NCBI GenBank assembly: GCA_029864095.1
Contig: JAOTUB010000001.1
Location: 19,082 to 83,081 of the forward strand
DNA: 64,000 nt
Source: Gammaproteobacteria bacterium
GTDB taxonomy: Bacteria > Pseudomonadota > Gammaproteobacteria > Steroidobacterales > Woeseiaceae
Direction of reading: 5' to 3'
Position numbers and translations under genes: made by a program. This document shows, piece by piece, positions 31,101-38,596 of this stretch (positions are counted from its first letter, which is position 1; every line of letters starts with the position of its first letter). Below the pieces are notes generated by a model that made no database searches, was not told the DNA's origin, and saw only the letters and a list, made by a program, of their open reading frames with translations.

Positions 31101-31498
31101 CGTCCGGTGGCCGGATTGTCATTCGCGATGACCAGCGAATCTTCTGCCAGTAGTTCAACGAGCGCATTGCCGGATTGCCGGGCGCGCGCAAAAGTCGTGA
31201 CACGCCCATTGAAGTCGGGCGCACGTGCCTCGATATGTTCGCAGGCGTCGGTCTCGAGGGCACGCCGCGGTTGCAGCAGGAACTGCCACGCCACGCACCC
31301 AAGTGAGGCCGCAAGCAGTATGCGTGCCGCGATCATGAGCCCGCTCGGAAACCCGAGGCGGCCCATCACCAGCACCGCAATGACGGTCACAACAAGGGCG
31401 GTGATAGCCAGTAACGCAACTCCGCGTGCTGTAGCCAGCATTCTTAGCCGTTCGCGAAATCCTGCGATGTAGTTCTCAAACTCGCGTGCGAAGTTCAT
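28154..31498 (-). CDS. Large membrane-anchored coiled-coil protein (DUF4175-like), last gene of the MoxR operon
   Basis: 1114 aa. N-terminal TM helices (GVALLAITALVVTVIAVLVMG, MIAARILLAASLGCVAWQFLL, WTWTVAGACASVLLLLAIA), a middle beta-rich part, then several hundred residues rich in Q/R/E/A with heptad-like character. Start overlaps the upstream stop as ATGA (31495..31498). Confidence 0.7.
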   Translation of the reverse strand: MNFAREFENYIAGFRERLRMLATARGVALLAITALVVTVIAVLVMGRLGFPSGLMIAARILLAASLGCVAWQFLLQPRRALETDACEHIEARAPDFNGRVTTFARARQSGNALVELLAEDSLVIANDNPATGRVPQKELAWTWTVAGACASVLLLLAIASPGNFAYGVRDLWLGWAFPGLLPPQSIVVTPGDSGIRLGGNLRIEAAPQGFASDDAEISVRFAGGEWQPVDMTGAGEVFEFTFYSVRQNLEYFVSAGSVRSPSYSVQVVDVPVVEKLTHRYEYPEWAGRAPDEADPGGDIRKIAETRVEVRIETDRALPAGDLIVNDEAIPLNTDGMYARAEFEIETDGQYFIAARVGGGHIRLTDDYFIRVEEDHPPEIEFERPGRDWSASRIEEVTARIKAQDDLRLESLSLHYSVNGAGWKEVELDASNTDVPLEHIFYLESLSTEAMPLAPGDLVSYYAVASDRDKEARTDIFFIDVQPFDRRFSQSQSAASGAPGQQGQQNEVSQRQREIIISTWNLIRERGAGQRGEDAYIRDNAALLARLQGTLRMQVETLAQRAEARQLTVQSEEIERFVRHLQAAGEAMSPAAEQLAAIEFEAALLKEQEALQHLLAAEAVFTDIDVTLQANNRAAGGGQAGRDLAEMFDLEMDLEKNQYETGSRATPEAPDEQMEQVANELEELARRQQQLARNQQQTRTPLPEQRWQQEQLRREAEALRRRLEELSHGSQSQSAQASNRQSAQQSGQSSSRQAGDQAGERQDAEGRRSQQVADLQRRLQSALRAMGEENAEEAGNQLQGARDSAAAARLEAVQARFNDLAERAGELHETQAGVEERLQEAMRRVLDAEQSGQRRLEPLYSGLDRDEEYEIAEQKRQMLTDLQALQQSARGAAHAIDEAQPEIAADIQEAIGAVQEQDIETRIAVAAAYIEQGGAVYVVSSESAVTENLRNLSRALQQVAREVGDMRGIDEPSDLARALGNARALRRELQENPGGTPGSLQEEAQGLARDVGAALRTQQGARLGGNYSTNLRRLADELRIAGGGRDPAAVAQNMARTLAVVEQLELELDRALNDREAGVRTHLEDEVPEAYKEVVADYYRKLGRVNSATDNAVTP

Positions 31499-33456
31499 GT
31501 GGCTGCTCCTTGCTGGCGCGGAGAAACCGGTGCGAGCAGCAGATTGCCCAGCATAGATTCACCGATCACGAATGCGATCAGCAACAATAACGCATAGGGC
31601 CAGAGTTGAATAAGATCAGGCGGCATCGTGGCATCAACGCCCGTGGCTGCGCGCATGTCACCGCCCGCCAGTGCCGCCCAGTTAGCAAGCACCGCGTCGC
31701 TCACGGCATCGAAACGCGACTCACGCGGATCGCTGTTAACGGCCACCAGGTATTCAAAGCCCGGACTTAACACCTTGTAGATGCCCGGCGCGCCGAGTCG
31801 CACCGAGTGCGCTGCCGCTGTGTCCTGCAAGGACAATAATGCCACGCCGTCCGGGTCCAGTACTTGCCCGCCTCCTGCCGGCAGGCTCAAACGCTCACCG
31901 GCAACGTAATCGCGTACGACGCCGGCTGTGCCGGAAAGATAACGCGCGGCCTCGAGCAGGAAGCTGACAAATACGGGCCGAATCGGCAGGTCGTTGTCGA
32001 TGTTCTCGAGCCCCGCCGTCACCAGCAGCAGCTTGCCACCACCTTGCCGCGATTCGATGAGAAGCGGCGCATCGTTCTCCAGCGCGACCAGCACTTCATC
32101 GTCGCTGCGTACTTCGACGGGCAATGCATCGGCGATGTCGGGCGCGAACCAGCCATCTGTAGCATCCAGCATCGGGTGATTTTGATCGAGCCGGCCCACT
32201 TTGAAGGAACCGCCGGCCGATGCTTGTGTTGGTGCGATGGTGTGTCCGGTAATCGGCAGCGTAACCCTGCCCGCCGTGCGCCGGCCTGCAAATGCCAACA
32301 ATGCACCGCCCGCATCGACCCATTCTTTGAGTGCCGCTTCGAGTAACGGATCCACACCACCAATGTCGTCAAGGATAACAAAACGGTAGCGCGACAGAAC
32401 GCGCGGATCAAAATCGCTTGCAGACATGGGTTCGGCACGGAAGGCCGATTCACTGCCTGCGTCGAGTGCAGCCGACAGATACGTATATGGCAAGGCGCTC
32501 GTATCGTTGCTGATGACGGGCACGGGCTGCCGGTCGACGCGCGTAAACACAGCATAACGCGCGTTGTCGGGCGCGAAGCCGTCGCTGCCTTCGATGTGCG
32601 CCGCGAGCTGATTGTCGCCCTCCACACCGGCAATGTTGTCGATGCGCAAAACCGCTTCGCTGGGCGAATCGTGGCGGGTCAGAAGCTCCCCGTTCAGTTC
32701 CAGACGTACCGCATGCCCGCCCGTATCGGCAAGCCCGATCTCGACCGCGCCCGAGCGTTCCCGCAGGTACTCGATACTGGCGTTCGCACCGACCGCCTGG
32801 GCAACGCGGTGTGCTGAGAAAGTCGTCACCTGCTCCAGTGCGAGGTCTGCGAACCGTGTCGGCATCGCACTCTGCTGAAAGTCACTGACAAGATGCAGCG
32901 TGACGGGCCGCGGCAGGTCTCCGGCGAGTCTGTCTGCCGTCGCGATCAGCTCACCGAAGTCGAGCCGCCCCGGGCCTGCAACGATACTGGCAAGTGCACT
33001 GCGCTGCGCGACGGGATCGGTGGAGGGTCTGGTCACGGGCGTGATCATGTCGGCTGCCGAGATAATTTGCAGTACGGCACCAGCCGGCGCCGCGTCGATG
33101 GCATCCCGCGCAAGTTCCAGGGCTGCAGCGATAGCGGCATCCCGTTGCATCGAAGCCGACGTGTCAACCGCGATGAGATGTGACCCTGCTTCGGCGACCG
33201 CGCCCGTAAGAGCCGAGTCTTCGAGAAACGGTTTCGCGAAGGCGAGGACGAGCAAGCACAGTAGCCCAATGCGCAGTGCGAGCAGCGGCAGATACTTGAG
33301 CTTGCGTCGCACGTGCACGCGCTGCTCCGTTGTCTCCAACAACATGGAGGAACCAAAGAGTTGCCGCTCCGAACTCTGTGTTTGCAAGCGATGCAACCAG
33401 ACAGGTAGCGCGATGCCCAGGAGGCCAACGAGGAACACGGGCGCGAGAAAACCCAT
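31495..33456 (-). CDS. BatA_N (aerotolerance-regulator N-terminal) / vWA / GATase1-like membrane protein
   Basis: N-terminal double-TM signature MGFLAPVFLVGLLGIALPVWLHRL. MIDAS-like LIAVDTSASM. Later YRFVILDDIGGVDP...WVDAGGALLAFAG. C-terminal TM helix. Confidence 0.75.
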   Translation of the reverse strand: MGFLAPVFLVGLLGIALPVWLHRLQTQSSERQLFGSSMLLETTEQRVHVRRKLKYLPLLALRIGLLCLLVLAFAKPFLEDSALTGAVAEAGSHLIAVDTSASMQRDAAIAAALELARDAIDAAPAGAVLQIISAADMITPVTRPSTDPVAQRSALASIVAGPGRLDFGELIATADRLAGDLPRPVTLHLVSDFQQSAMPTRFADLALEQVTTFSAHRVAQAVGANASIEYLRERSGAVEIGLADTGGHAVRLELNGELLTRHDSPSEAVLRIDNIAGVEGDNQLAAHIEGSDGFAPDNARYAVFTRVDRQPVPVISNDTSALPYTYLSAALDAGSESAFRAEPMSASDFDPRVLSRYRFVILDDIGGVDPLLEAALKEWVDAGGALLAFAGRRTAGRVTLPITGHTIAPTQASAGGSFKVGRLDQNHPMLDATDGWFAPDIADALPVEVRSDDEVLVALENDAPLLIESRQGGGKLLLVTAGLENIDNDLPIRPVFVSFLLEAARYLSGTAGVVRDYVAGERLSLPAGGGQVLDPDGVALLSLQDTAAAHSVRLGAPGIYKVLSPGFEYLVAVNSDPRESRFDAVSDAVLANWAALAGGDMRAATGVDATMPPDLIQLWPYALLLLIAFVIGESMLGNLLLAPVSPRQQGAAT

Positions 33457-33458
33457 CG

Positions 33459-34376
33459 CTATTGCCTCCGCCCGCGAAACAACAGGTAGTTGCGCAGCGC
33501 AACATCGAGCCGATCGCTGGTGGCGACCTGCACATGGTCGGCGCCGATGCCGGCCGCGGCTTTTGCAATACGATCGATGTGTGCACGCAACCGTTCGGGA
33601 TAGATGTCGCGCAGATAAGAGGGCGCGACTTCGACGGCCGCACCGGTCTCCATATCTTCAAGTAGAACGTTGTTTGCAAACCCGGGCGTCAGTTCCTCAT
33701 CGGCGAGCACCTGCAACAAGATAATGTCCTGCGCCTGCCAGGCCAGCGGCTGCACGCTTGCGATCAGCTCGTCCGCATCGCAATAGAAATCCGAAATCAC
33801 CGCCACAATGCCGCGACGCTTGATCTGCGCGCGCATGCGTTCGAACGGGGTGGCGAAACGCGTGCCGATGCGCGGTACCGCCGCATCGAGGCAATGCAAC
33901 ACGCTTTGCAGTTGTCCGTGACGCGATGACGGTCGCCGGAAGTCGCGCACTTGTTCATCGAAGATCAGGCAGCCGACGGCATCGTGCTGCCGAGACGCGA
34001 GGTAGGCAAGGCTCGCCGCGAGCATTTGCGCATAACGCAATTTACTTACTGGCGTGCTGCCAAATCCCATCGAGGCACTCGCATCGAGCAACAGCATGAG
34101 GTGCGAATTTGTCTCGCCCAGAAAGCGCTTGACCACAATACGGTCGGTGCGCGCGTACACGTTCCAGTCGATGAAGCGGGGGTCATCGCCCTCGGAGTAG
34201 CCACGATATTCGGCGAACTCCTGACTGAAGCCAAAGGTCGGCGAGCGATGTAAACCCATCATGACGCCCTCGACGACCGAGCGCGCCACAAGGTCGAGAT
34301 TGCTGAGTCCTGCCAGTATCGCAGGATCCAGCAAATCACGCAGGTTCGCAGACCGTGTCGCCGGTGCTACCATCAA
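33459..34376 (-). CDS. DUF58 family protein (vWA-like)
   Basis: Typical DUF58 core GDDPRFIDWNVYARTDRIVVKRF, then LMLLLDASASMGFGS. Start abuts the MoxR stop (34376/34377). Confidence 0.85.
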   Translation of the reverse strand: MMVAPATRSANLRDLLDPAILAGLSNLDLVARSVVEGVMMGLHRSPTFGFSQEFAEYRGYSEGDDPRFIDWNVYARTDRIVVKRFLGETNSHLMLLLDASASMGFGSTPVSKLRYAQMLAASLAYLASRQHDAVGCLIFDEQVRDFRRPSSRHGQLQSVLHCLDAAVPRIGTRFATPFERMRAQIKRRGIVAVISDFYCDADELIASVQPLAWQAQDIILLQVLADEELTPGFANNVLLEDMETGAAVEVAPSYLRDIYPERLRAHIDRIAKAAAGIGADHVQVATSDRLDVALRNYLLFRGRRQ

Positions 34377-35396
34377 TCAGCTCCGCACGCCCTGCAGCAT
34401 TTCACCGAGCACATCATCAACCGTGCGTCTGTCCGACTCGGCAAAGTAGTTCAGCAGAACCCGATGCCGGAGCACGGGCAACGCCATCGCGCGCACGTCA
34501 TCCTCGACAACGTGATAACGGCCATCGAGCAATGCCCGCGCTTTGGCCGCAAGGTTCAGGAACATCGTCGCACGCACGCTCGCACCGAAATTCACGTAGC
34601 GCTGCACGACGTCGGGTGCACCGGGCTCAGCGGGACGGGTTGCGCGCACAAGATTCACGGCAAAGCGATTGACCGCCGCCGAGACCGGCACCTGGCGAAC
34701 CAGCCACTGGAAGCGCAGGATTTCCTCGGCATTGGTGCAGGCACTGACAGTCGGCAGGTCGACGCGCGTGGTGAAGCGTTCAAGCACGGCAAGTTCCTCA
34801 TCTACATCGAGATAGTCAAGCAACACGTTAAACAGGAAGCGGTCGAGCTGCGCCTCGGGCAAAGGGTAAGTGCCTTCGAGTTCGATCGGGTTCTGCGTGG
34901 CGAGCACGAAGAACGGCGGCGCCAGCGTGTGCCGCTTGCCGCGCACGGTCACCGAGCCTTCCTGCATCGCTTCGAGTAACGCGGCCTGCGTTTTCGGCGG
35001 CGTCCGATTGATTTCGTCAGCCAGCAGTACGTTTGCGAACACCGGGCCGCCGACAAAGGTCCAGCTGCGGTGCCCGGTGGCCGAGTCCTCTTCGAGGATA
35101 TCGGTACCGGTCACATCGGTCGGCATGAGATCGGGCGTGAACTGGATGCGGCTGAAATTGAGCCCAAGCGCTTCGGCAAGGGCGCGTACGAGCAGGGTCT
35201 TGGCCGTGCCCGGCATGCCCGTGATCAGGCAGTGCCCGCCGACCAGCAACGTCACGAGCAGGTGCTCGACAACCTCCGACTGGCCGATGATGACCTCCCC
35301 TACCTGTACCCGCAGGTCGCCCATAGTCTCGCGAAAACGCGCCACCAGCACGCGAGTGTCGTCGCTGTCGAATATATCGTCCGTCGTTACCGTCAT
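34377..35396 (-). CDS. MoxR-family AAA+ ATPase
   Basis: 339 aa. Walker A ITGMPGTAKT, Walker B VLLADEINR, and the characteristic RIQFTPDLMPTDVTG and VLATQNPIELEGTYPLPEAQLDRF. Confidence 0.95.
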   Translation of the reverse strand: MTVTTDDIFDSDDTRVLVARFRETMGDLRVQVGEVIIGQSEVVEHLLVTLLVGGHCLITGMPGTAKTLLVRALAEALGLNFSRIQFTPDLMPTDVTGTDILEEDSATGHRSWTFVGGPVFANVLLADEINRTPPKTQAALLEAMQEGSVTVRGKRHTLAPPFFVLATQNPIELEGTYPLPEAQLDRFLFNVLLDYLDVDEELAVLERFTTRVDLPTVSACTNAEEILRFQWLVRQVPVSAAVNRFAVNLVRATRPAEPGAPDVVQRYVNFGASVRATMFLNLAAKARALLDGRYHVVEDDVRAMALPVLRHRVLLNYFAESDRRTVDDVLGEMLQGVRS

Positions 35397-35424
35397 AGTT
35401 CAGTGTCCATTCTCAATTGTAATA

Positions 35425-37686
35425 TCACTGGCTACCCGCAAGTTTGAGCAGGAGTTTTTGCGCGGGCCGAAAATTCGGCGCGATGTCGAGTGCCTCGAGC
35501 AGATTCGCCTGCGCCTTCGCTTTTTCACCGAGTGCCATGCGCGCTTCGGCCATGCGGTACCAGGCGGTCGCCATGTCATGCGGCGCCAGCGCGAGCGCCA
35601 CCTCAAATTCTCGCAGCGCCTGTTGCGGTTGACCGGCTGCGAGCAGCAATTCGCCGTATTCGCCGTGCAACTCAGCATTCAGCGGATCAATGAGATTGAT
35701 CCTGGCGTGCACGGCAAGCGCCTTGTCGTTTGCGCCTGCCGCACGCAGTTCGCGCACCAGTGTACCGAGTGCGCCAACCTCGTAGCCGCCTTTCTGCCAG
35801 TAAGTTTCAAGTGTCGCGCGTGCCGCCCCGGTCTTGCCCAGTTCGCGTTGCGCATCGGCAAGCACGAGGTAAGGACTGTTTGACGTGACATGGCCGGGCA
35901 TCAGCGTAATCAGTTCGCTGGCTATCGTGGCAACCCCCTGCCAATCCTTGTTGTCGACCGCTCGCGTGAGCTGCTTGCGTTTCTCGCGCCAGTCGTCGAG
36001 GCTCGCGAGCAGCGTGCCGAACTCGGCATCGAGAGCCCTCCCAAAAGCGTCGTCGAATGCATCAGTATCCACGCCGAGCACCCGCTCGATCACAGCCGGT
36101 GTCGCCGCGCCATCACGCCAGTCCACGAGCATGGCAGCCAGTTTGCCCTCGCCATACTGCTGGTCGATGAAACGGCAGATCAGCCCCGCCTGCATGTACG
36201 AGACGATGACCTGGCCTTCGTACGTCGGGCGAATGAATCCCTCGTCAAGCCGATTGATCGGCAGAAACGCGTCATCTCGCATCTTGTCGAGCACCATGTG
36301 CGAAAGCCGCACGCCGCGACTGGGGCCGCTGCGCCACTCTTCATAGACGGACACGCCTTCACTGAACCAGCGCGGGACCCGATGGTCGGTTGCTTCGAGC
36401 GTGAACACGTGTGCCATCTCGTGCCACAGCGTCGTGCCCCACTGGAATTCTTCCACCGAACGGCCGCTCGGTGAGTCCATTGCAATCACGTAACCAAACG
36501 TCGCACCGAGAATTCCGAGCCCCGGCATGCCAGCCGTGCGCACCGCAAAGTCGTCGTGGTCCGGGTACATTTCGACAATCACGGGCTCCGTAAGCGTGAA
36601 ATCGTAACGCGACGTGAACTCGGCAATGCTCTCGCGAACGAGGTCTGTTGCATACGGCGCGAGCACGTCGCGCTCCGTCTTGTGCAGACGCAGAATAATG
36701 GGCACGTCGCCATCAGCACCTCGGGACTCCACCAGCCGAAAATCACTGAACGAGTCGAGCAGTCGCAGCGTGTTGACAACTCGCGGGCTGAACGGATCCT
36801 CGGCATACGCAGCTTCGATGTGCCTGCGCGCCCGACTCACCTGGTTATCGCGCAGTAGGTTGATACCGAGCTGCTCATGTGCACTCGCAAGCCCGGGCTC
36901 AATATCCACGGCACGCTGAAAGAGATCGATACCCTCACGATAGCGGCGCTTGATAATCAAAAAGTGCGCCGGAATCGCGTACACATTGCCCCACGCCGGG
37001 TTGTAGTCCAGCGCGCGCCTTATCCACGCGTTGTCCTCAACGCCCGCGTCGAGGTCGAGTGCGGCTCGCAACGCGTGGGCGTCGAGTGGCGGCCAGTCGT
37101 GCTCACGGATAAGCGCCTCGGCTTCGTCCAGCGACTGCGCGGCGAGCCGGGTGTCGCCGTTCTCGAGCGCGATGCGCGCAGTGAGAAGCTGCGCTCCGAC
37201 TCTGGCCCCGTCGGGCACGTTCGACGATAGTATGGACTCGAGGTACAGCCCGGCCTCACTCGCGAATCGACCGGCGAGCACGTGTGCTGCGCCCAGTTTC
37301 GCATAAGCATTAGCCGGGTCGGCCGCCAGCGCCTCGCGGTACATTTCGAGCGCTTCGGCTTCCTGGTGTGACGCCGCGTACAAGTCGCCCCAGCGCACGA
37401 GGGCCGTAGTGTCGTCGGGATTTGCGCTGGTGGCGGCGCGAAACAATTCGTTCGCTGCCTGTCGATCGCCGAGCGCCCATGCGGCTTCCGCTTTCGCAGC
37501 CGCAGCGGCATCGCTGCCGAGAATTTCCCGGTAACAATCAGCGGCCGACTGACCGCGCCACGCGACCGTATCGCAGGCCGCAACGGCGTCGCTCGCGACA
37601 GCCCCGTAGTGAATGTCTCGCGCAGCCAGCACGCCCGGCAACAACAACAGGCTTGCGACAATAAGAGTGCAGCGCTCATCTCGCAT
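35425..37686 (-). CDS. Secreted TPR-repeat protein with central gluzincin (peptidase MA-like) domain
   Basis: ATG 37686 gives the signal MRDERCTLIVASLLLLPGVLAARD. TPR-like helices occupy both ends. Zinc motif LWHEMAHVF (HEMAH codons at 36409..36423), followed by RWFSEGVSVYEEW as the third-ligand Glu region. Confidence 0.7.
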   Translation of the reverse strand: MRDERCTLIVASLLLLPGVLAARDIHYGAVASDAVAACDTVAWRGQSAADCYREILGSDAAAAAKAEAAWALGDRQAANELFRAATSANPDDTTALVRWGDLYAASHQEAEALEMYREALAADPANAYAKLGAAHVLAGRFASEAGLYLESILSSNVPDGARVGAQLLTARIALENGDTRLAAQSLDEAEALIREHDWPPLDAHALRAALDLDAGVEDNAWIRRALDYNPAWGNVYAIPAHFLIIKRRYREGIDLFQRAVDIEPGLASAHEQLGINLLRDNQVSRARRHIEAAYAEDPFSPRVVNTLRLLDSFSDFRLVESRGADGDVPIILRLHKTERDVLAPYATDLVRESIAEFTSRYDFTLTEPVIVEMYPDHDDFAVRTAGMPGLGILGATFGYVIAMDSPSGRSVEEFQWGTTLWHEMAHVFTLEATDHRVPRWFSEGVSVYEEWRSGPSRGVRLSHMVLDKMRDDAFLPINRLDEGFIRPTYEGQVIVSYMQAGLICRFIDQQYGEGKLAAMLVDWRDGAATPAVIERVLGVDTDAFDDAFGRALDAEFGTLLASLDDWREKRKQLTRAVDNKDWQGVATIASELITLMPGHVTSNSPYLVLADAQRELGKTGAARATLETYWQKGGYEVGALGTLVRELRAAGANDKALAVHARINLIDPLNAELHGEYGELLLAAGQPQQALREFEVALALAPHDMATAWYRMAEARMALGEKAKAQANLLEALDIAPNFRPAQKLLLKLAGSQ

Positions 37687-38596
37687 TCTGCAACGCCTCC
37701 TGTTGTGCCTCGATCCGGTCCTCGAGCATCGCGAGCGCGAGCATTTTCTCCAGCAGCGCGGCATGGTAGTCGTCGGCCGCCATAGTCTCGCGCCTGAGGC
37801 GCAAGGCTTCGATGTCGGCGTTCATGGTCTGCCGCTCAACCAGCAAGGCGGCCAGTGCGTCGTCCGTTGTTGCGTCGGCAGCGCTTGTGAAACGTGCCAG
37901 CACCACACGGTCGGCCATCGCGCCGATGAGTTGTGGGTGTTCGGTGGCCAGCTGGTTGTGGCGTTCGTAGAAATCGGCAACCTGCCGTTCGGCAAATCGA
38001 AAGGCCTCGCCCGCACTCACGCTCGCATTCTTGTTCGTATCCGCAAATTCGTTCACGAACGCATCCGCCAGGTAGGTACCAAAGCGGGTCGCATGTCGCT
38101 CGCGGCCACTGCGCGTTGCGAGCAACAGAATACGCCCATCCCGCTCGAGCATCTCGCCGAGCGCACCACTCGCGCTGCCGGTATTTACGAAAACCTGCAC
38201 ATTGGCAGCCTGCGCATCGAGCAATCCTGCGATGTCCTCACCGGTGAGATCGGGCCCGGCGAGGTTGAACTTGTAGTGATGGTCATCGTAGCTGCCGTGG
38301 CCGACGAGATACAACAGCAGTTCGTCGCCGGGCGATGACTCGGCCGCCAGTGTTTCAAAATAGGCCATGATTGCATCGCGTTGCGCATCGGCGTTGCGGA
38401 AAACCTGCAGTTGTTCAGGCGGCACAAGTTTTCCTGAAGCAGTCTCGATCGCATCGACCTGCTCAGCAAACCCCTGCACAAATCGCGGCTCACCGCCGAG
38501 GCCCTCGACGATGACGATGGTTTTCTCGGCGCAAGCCATTGCACTCGCGATCGATAGTGCAATGCACGGCAAGAGCTGACGCATACAGTTACTCAT
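37676..38596 (-). CDS. Secreted legumain/caspase-fold (peptidase C13-like) protein lacking the catalytic Cys
   Basis: ATG 38596 overlaps the upstream stop as ATGA. Signal MSNCMRQLLPCIALSIASAMACA. His region LLLYLVGHGS is present, but the expected SAC/EAC nucleophile position reads VFVNTGSASG. C-terminal coiled-coil-like tail. Confidence 0.5.
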   Translation of the reverse strand: MSNCMRQLLPCIALSIASAMACAEKTIVIVEGLGGEPRFVQGFAEQVDAIETASGKLVPPEQLQVFRNADAQRDAIMAYFETLAAESSPGDELLLYLVGHGSYDDHHYKFNLAGPDLTGEDIAGLLDAQAANVQVFVNTGSASGALGEMLERDGRILLLATRSGRERHATRFGTYLADAFVNEFADTNKNASVSAGEAFRFAERQVADFYERHNQLATEHPQLIGAMADRVVLARFTSAADATTDDALAALLVERQTMNADIEALRLRRETMAADDYHAALLEKMLALAMLEDRIEAQQEALQNAR

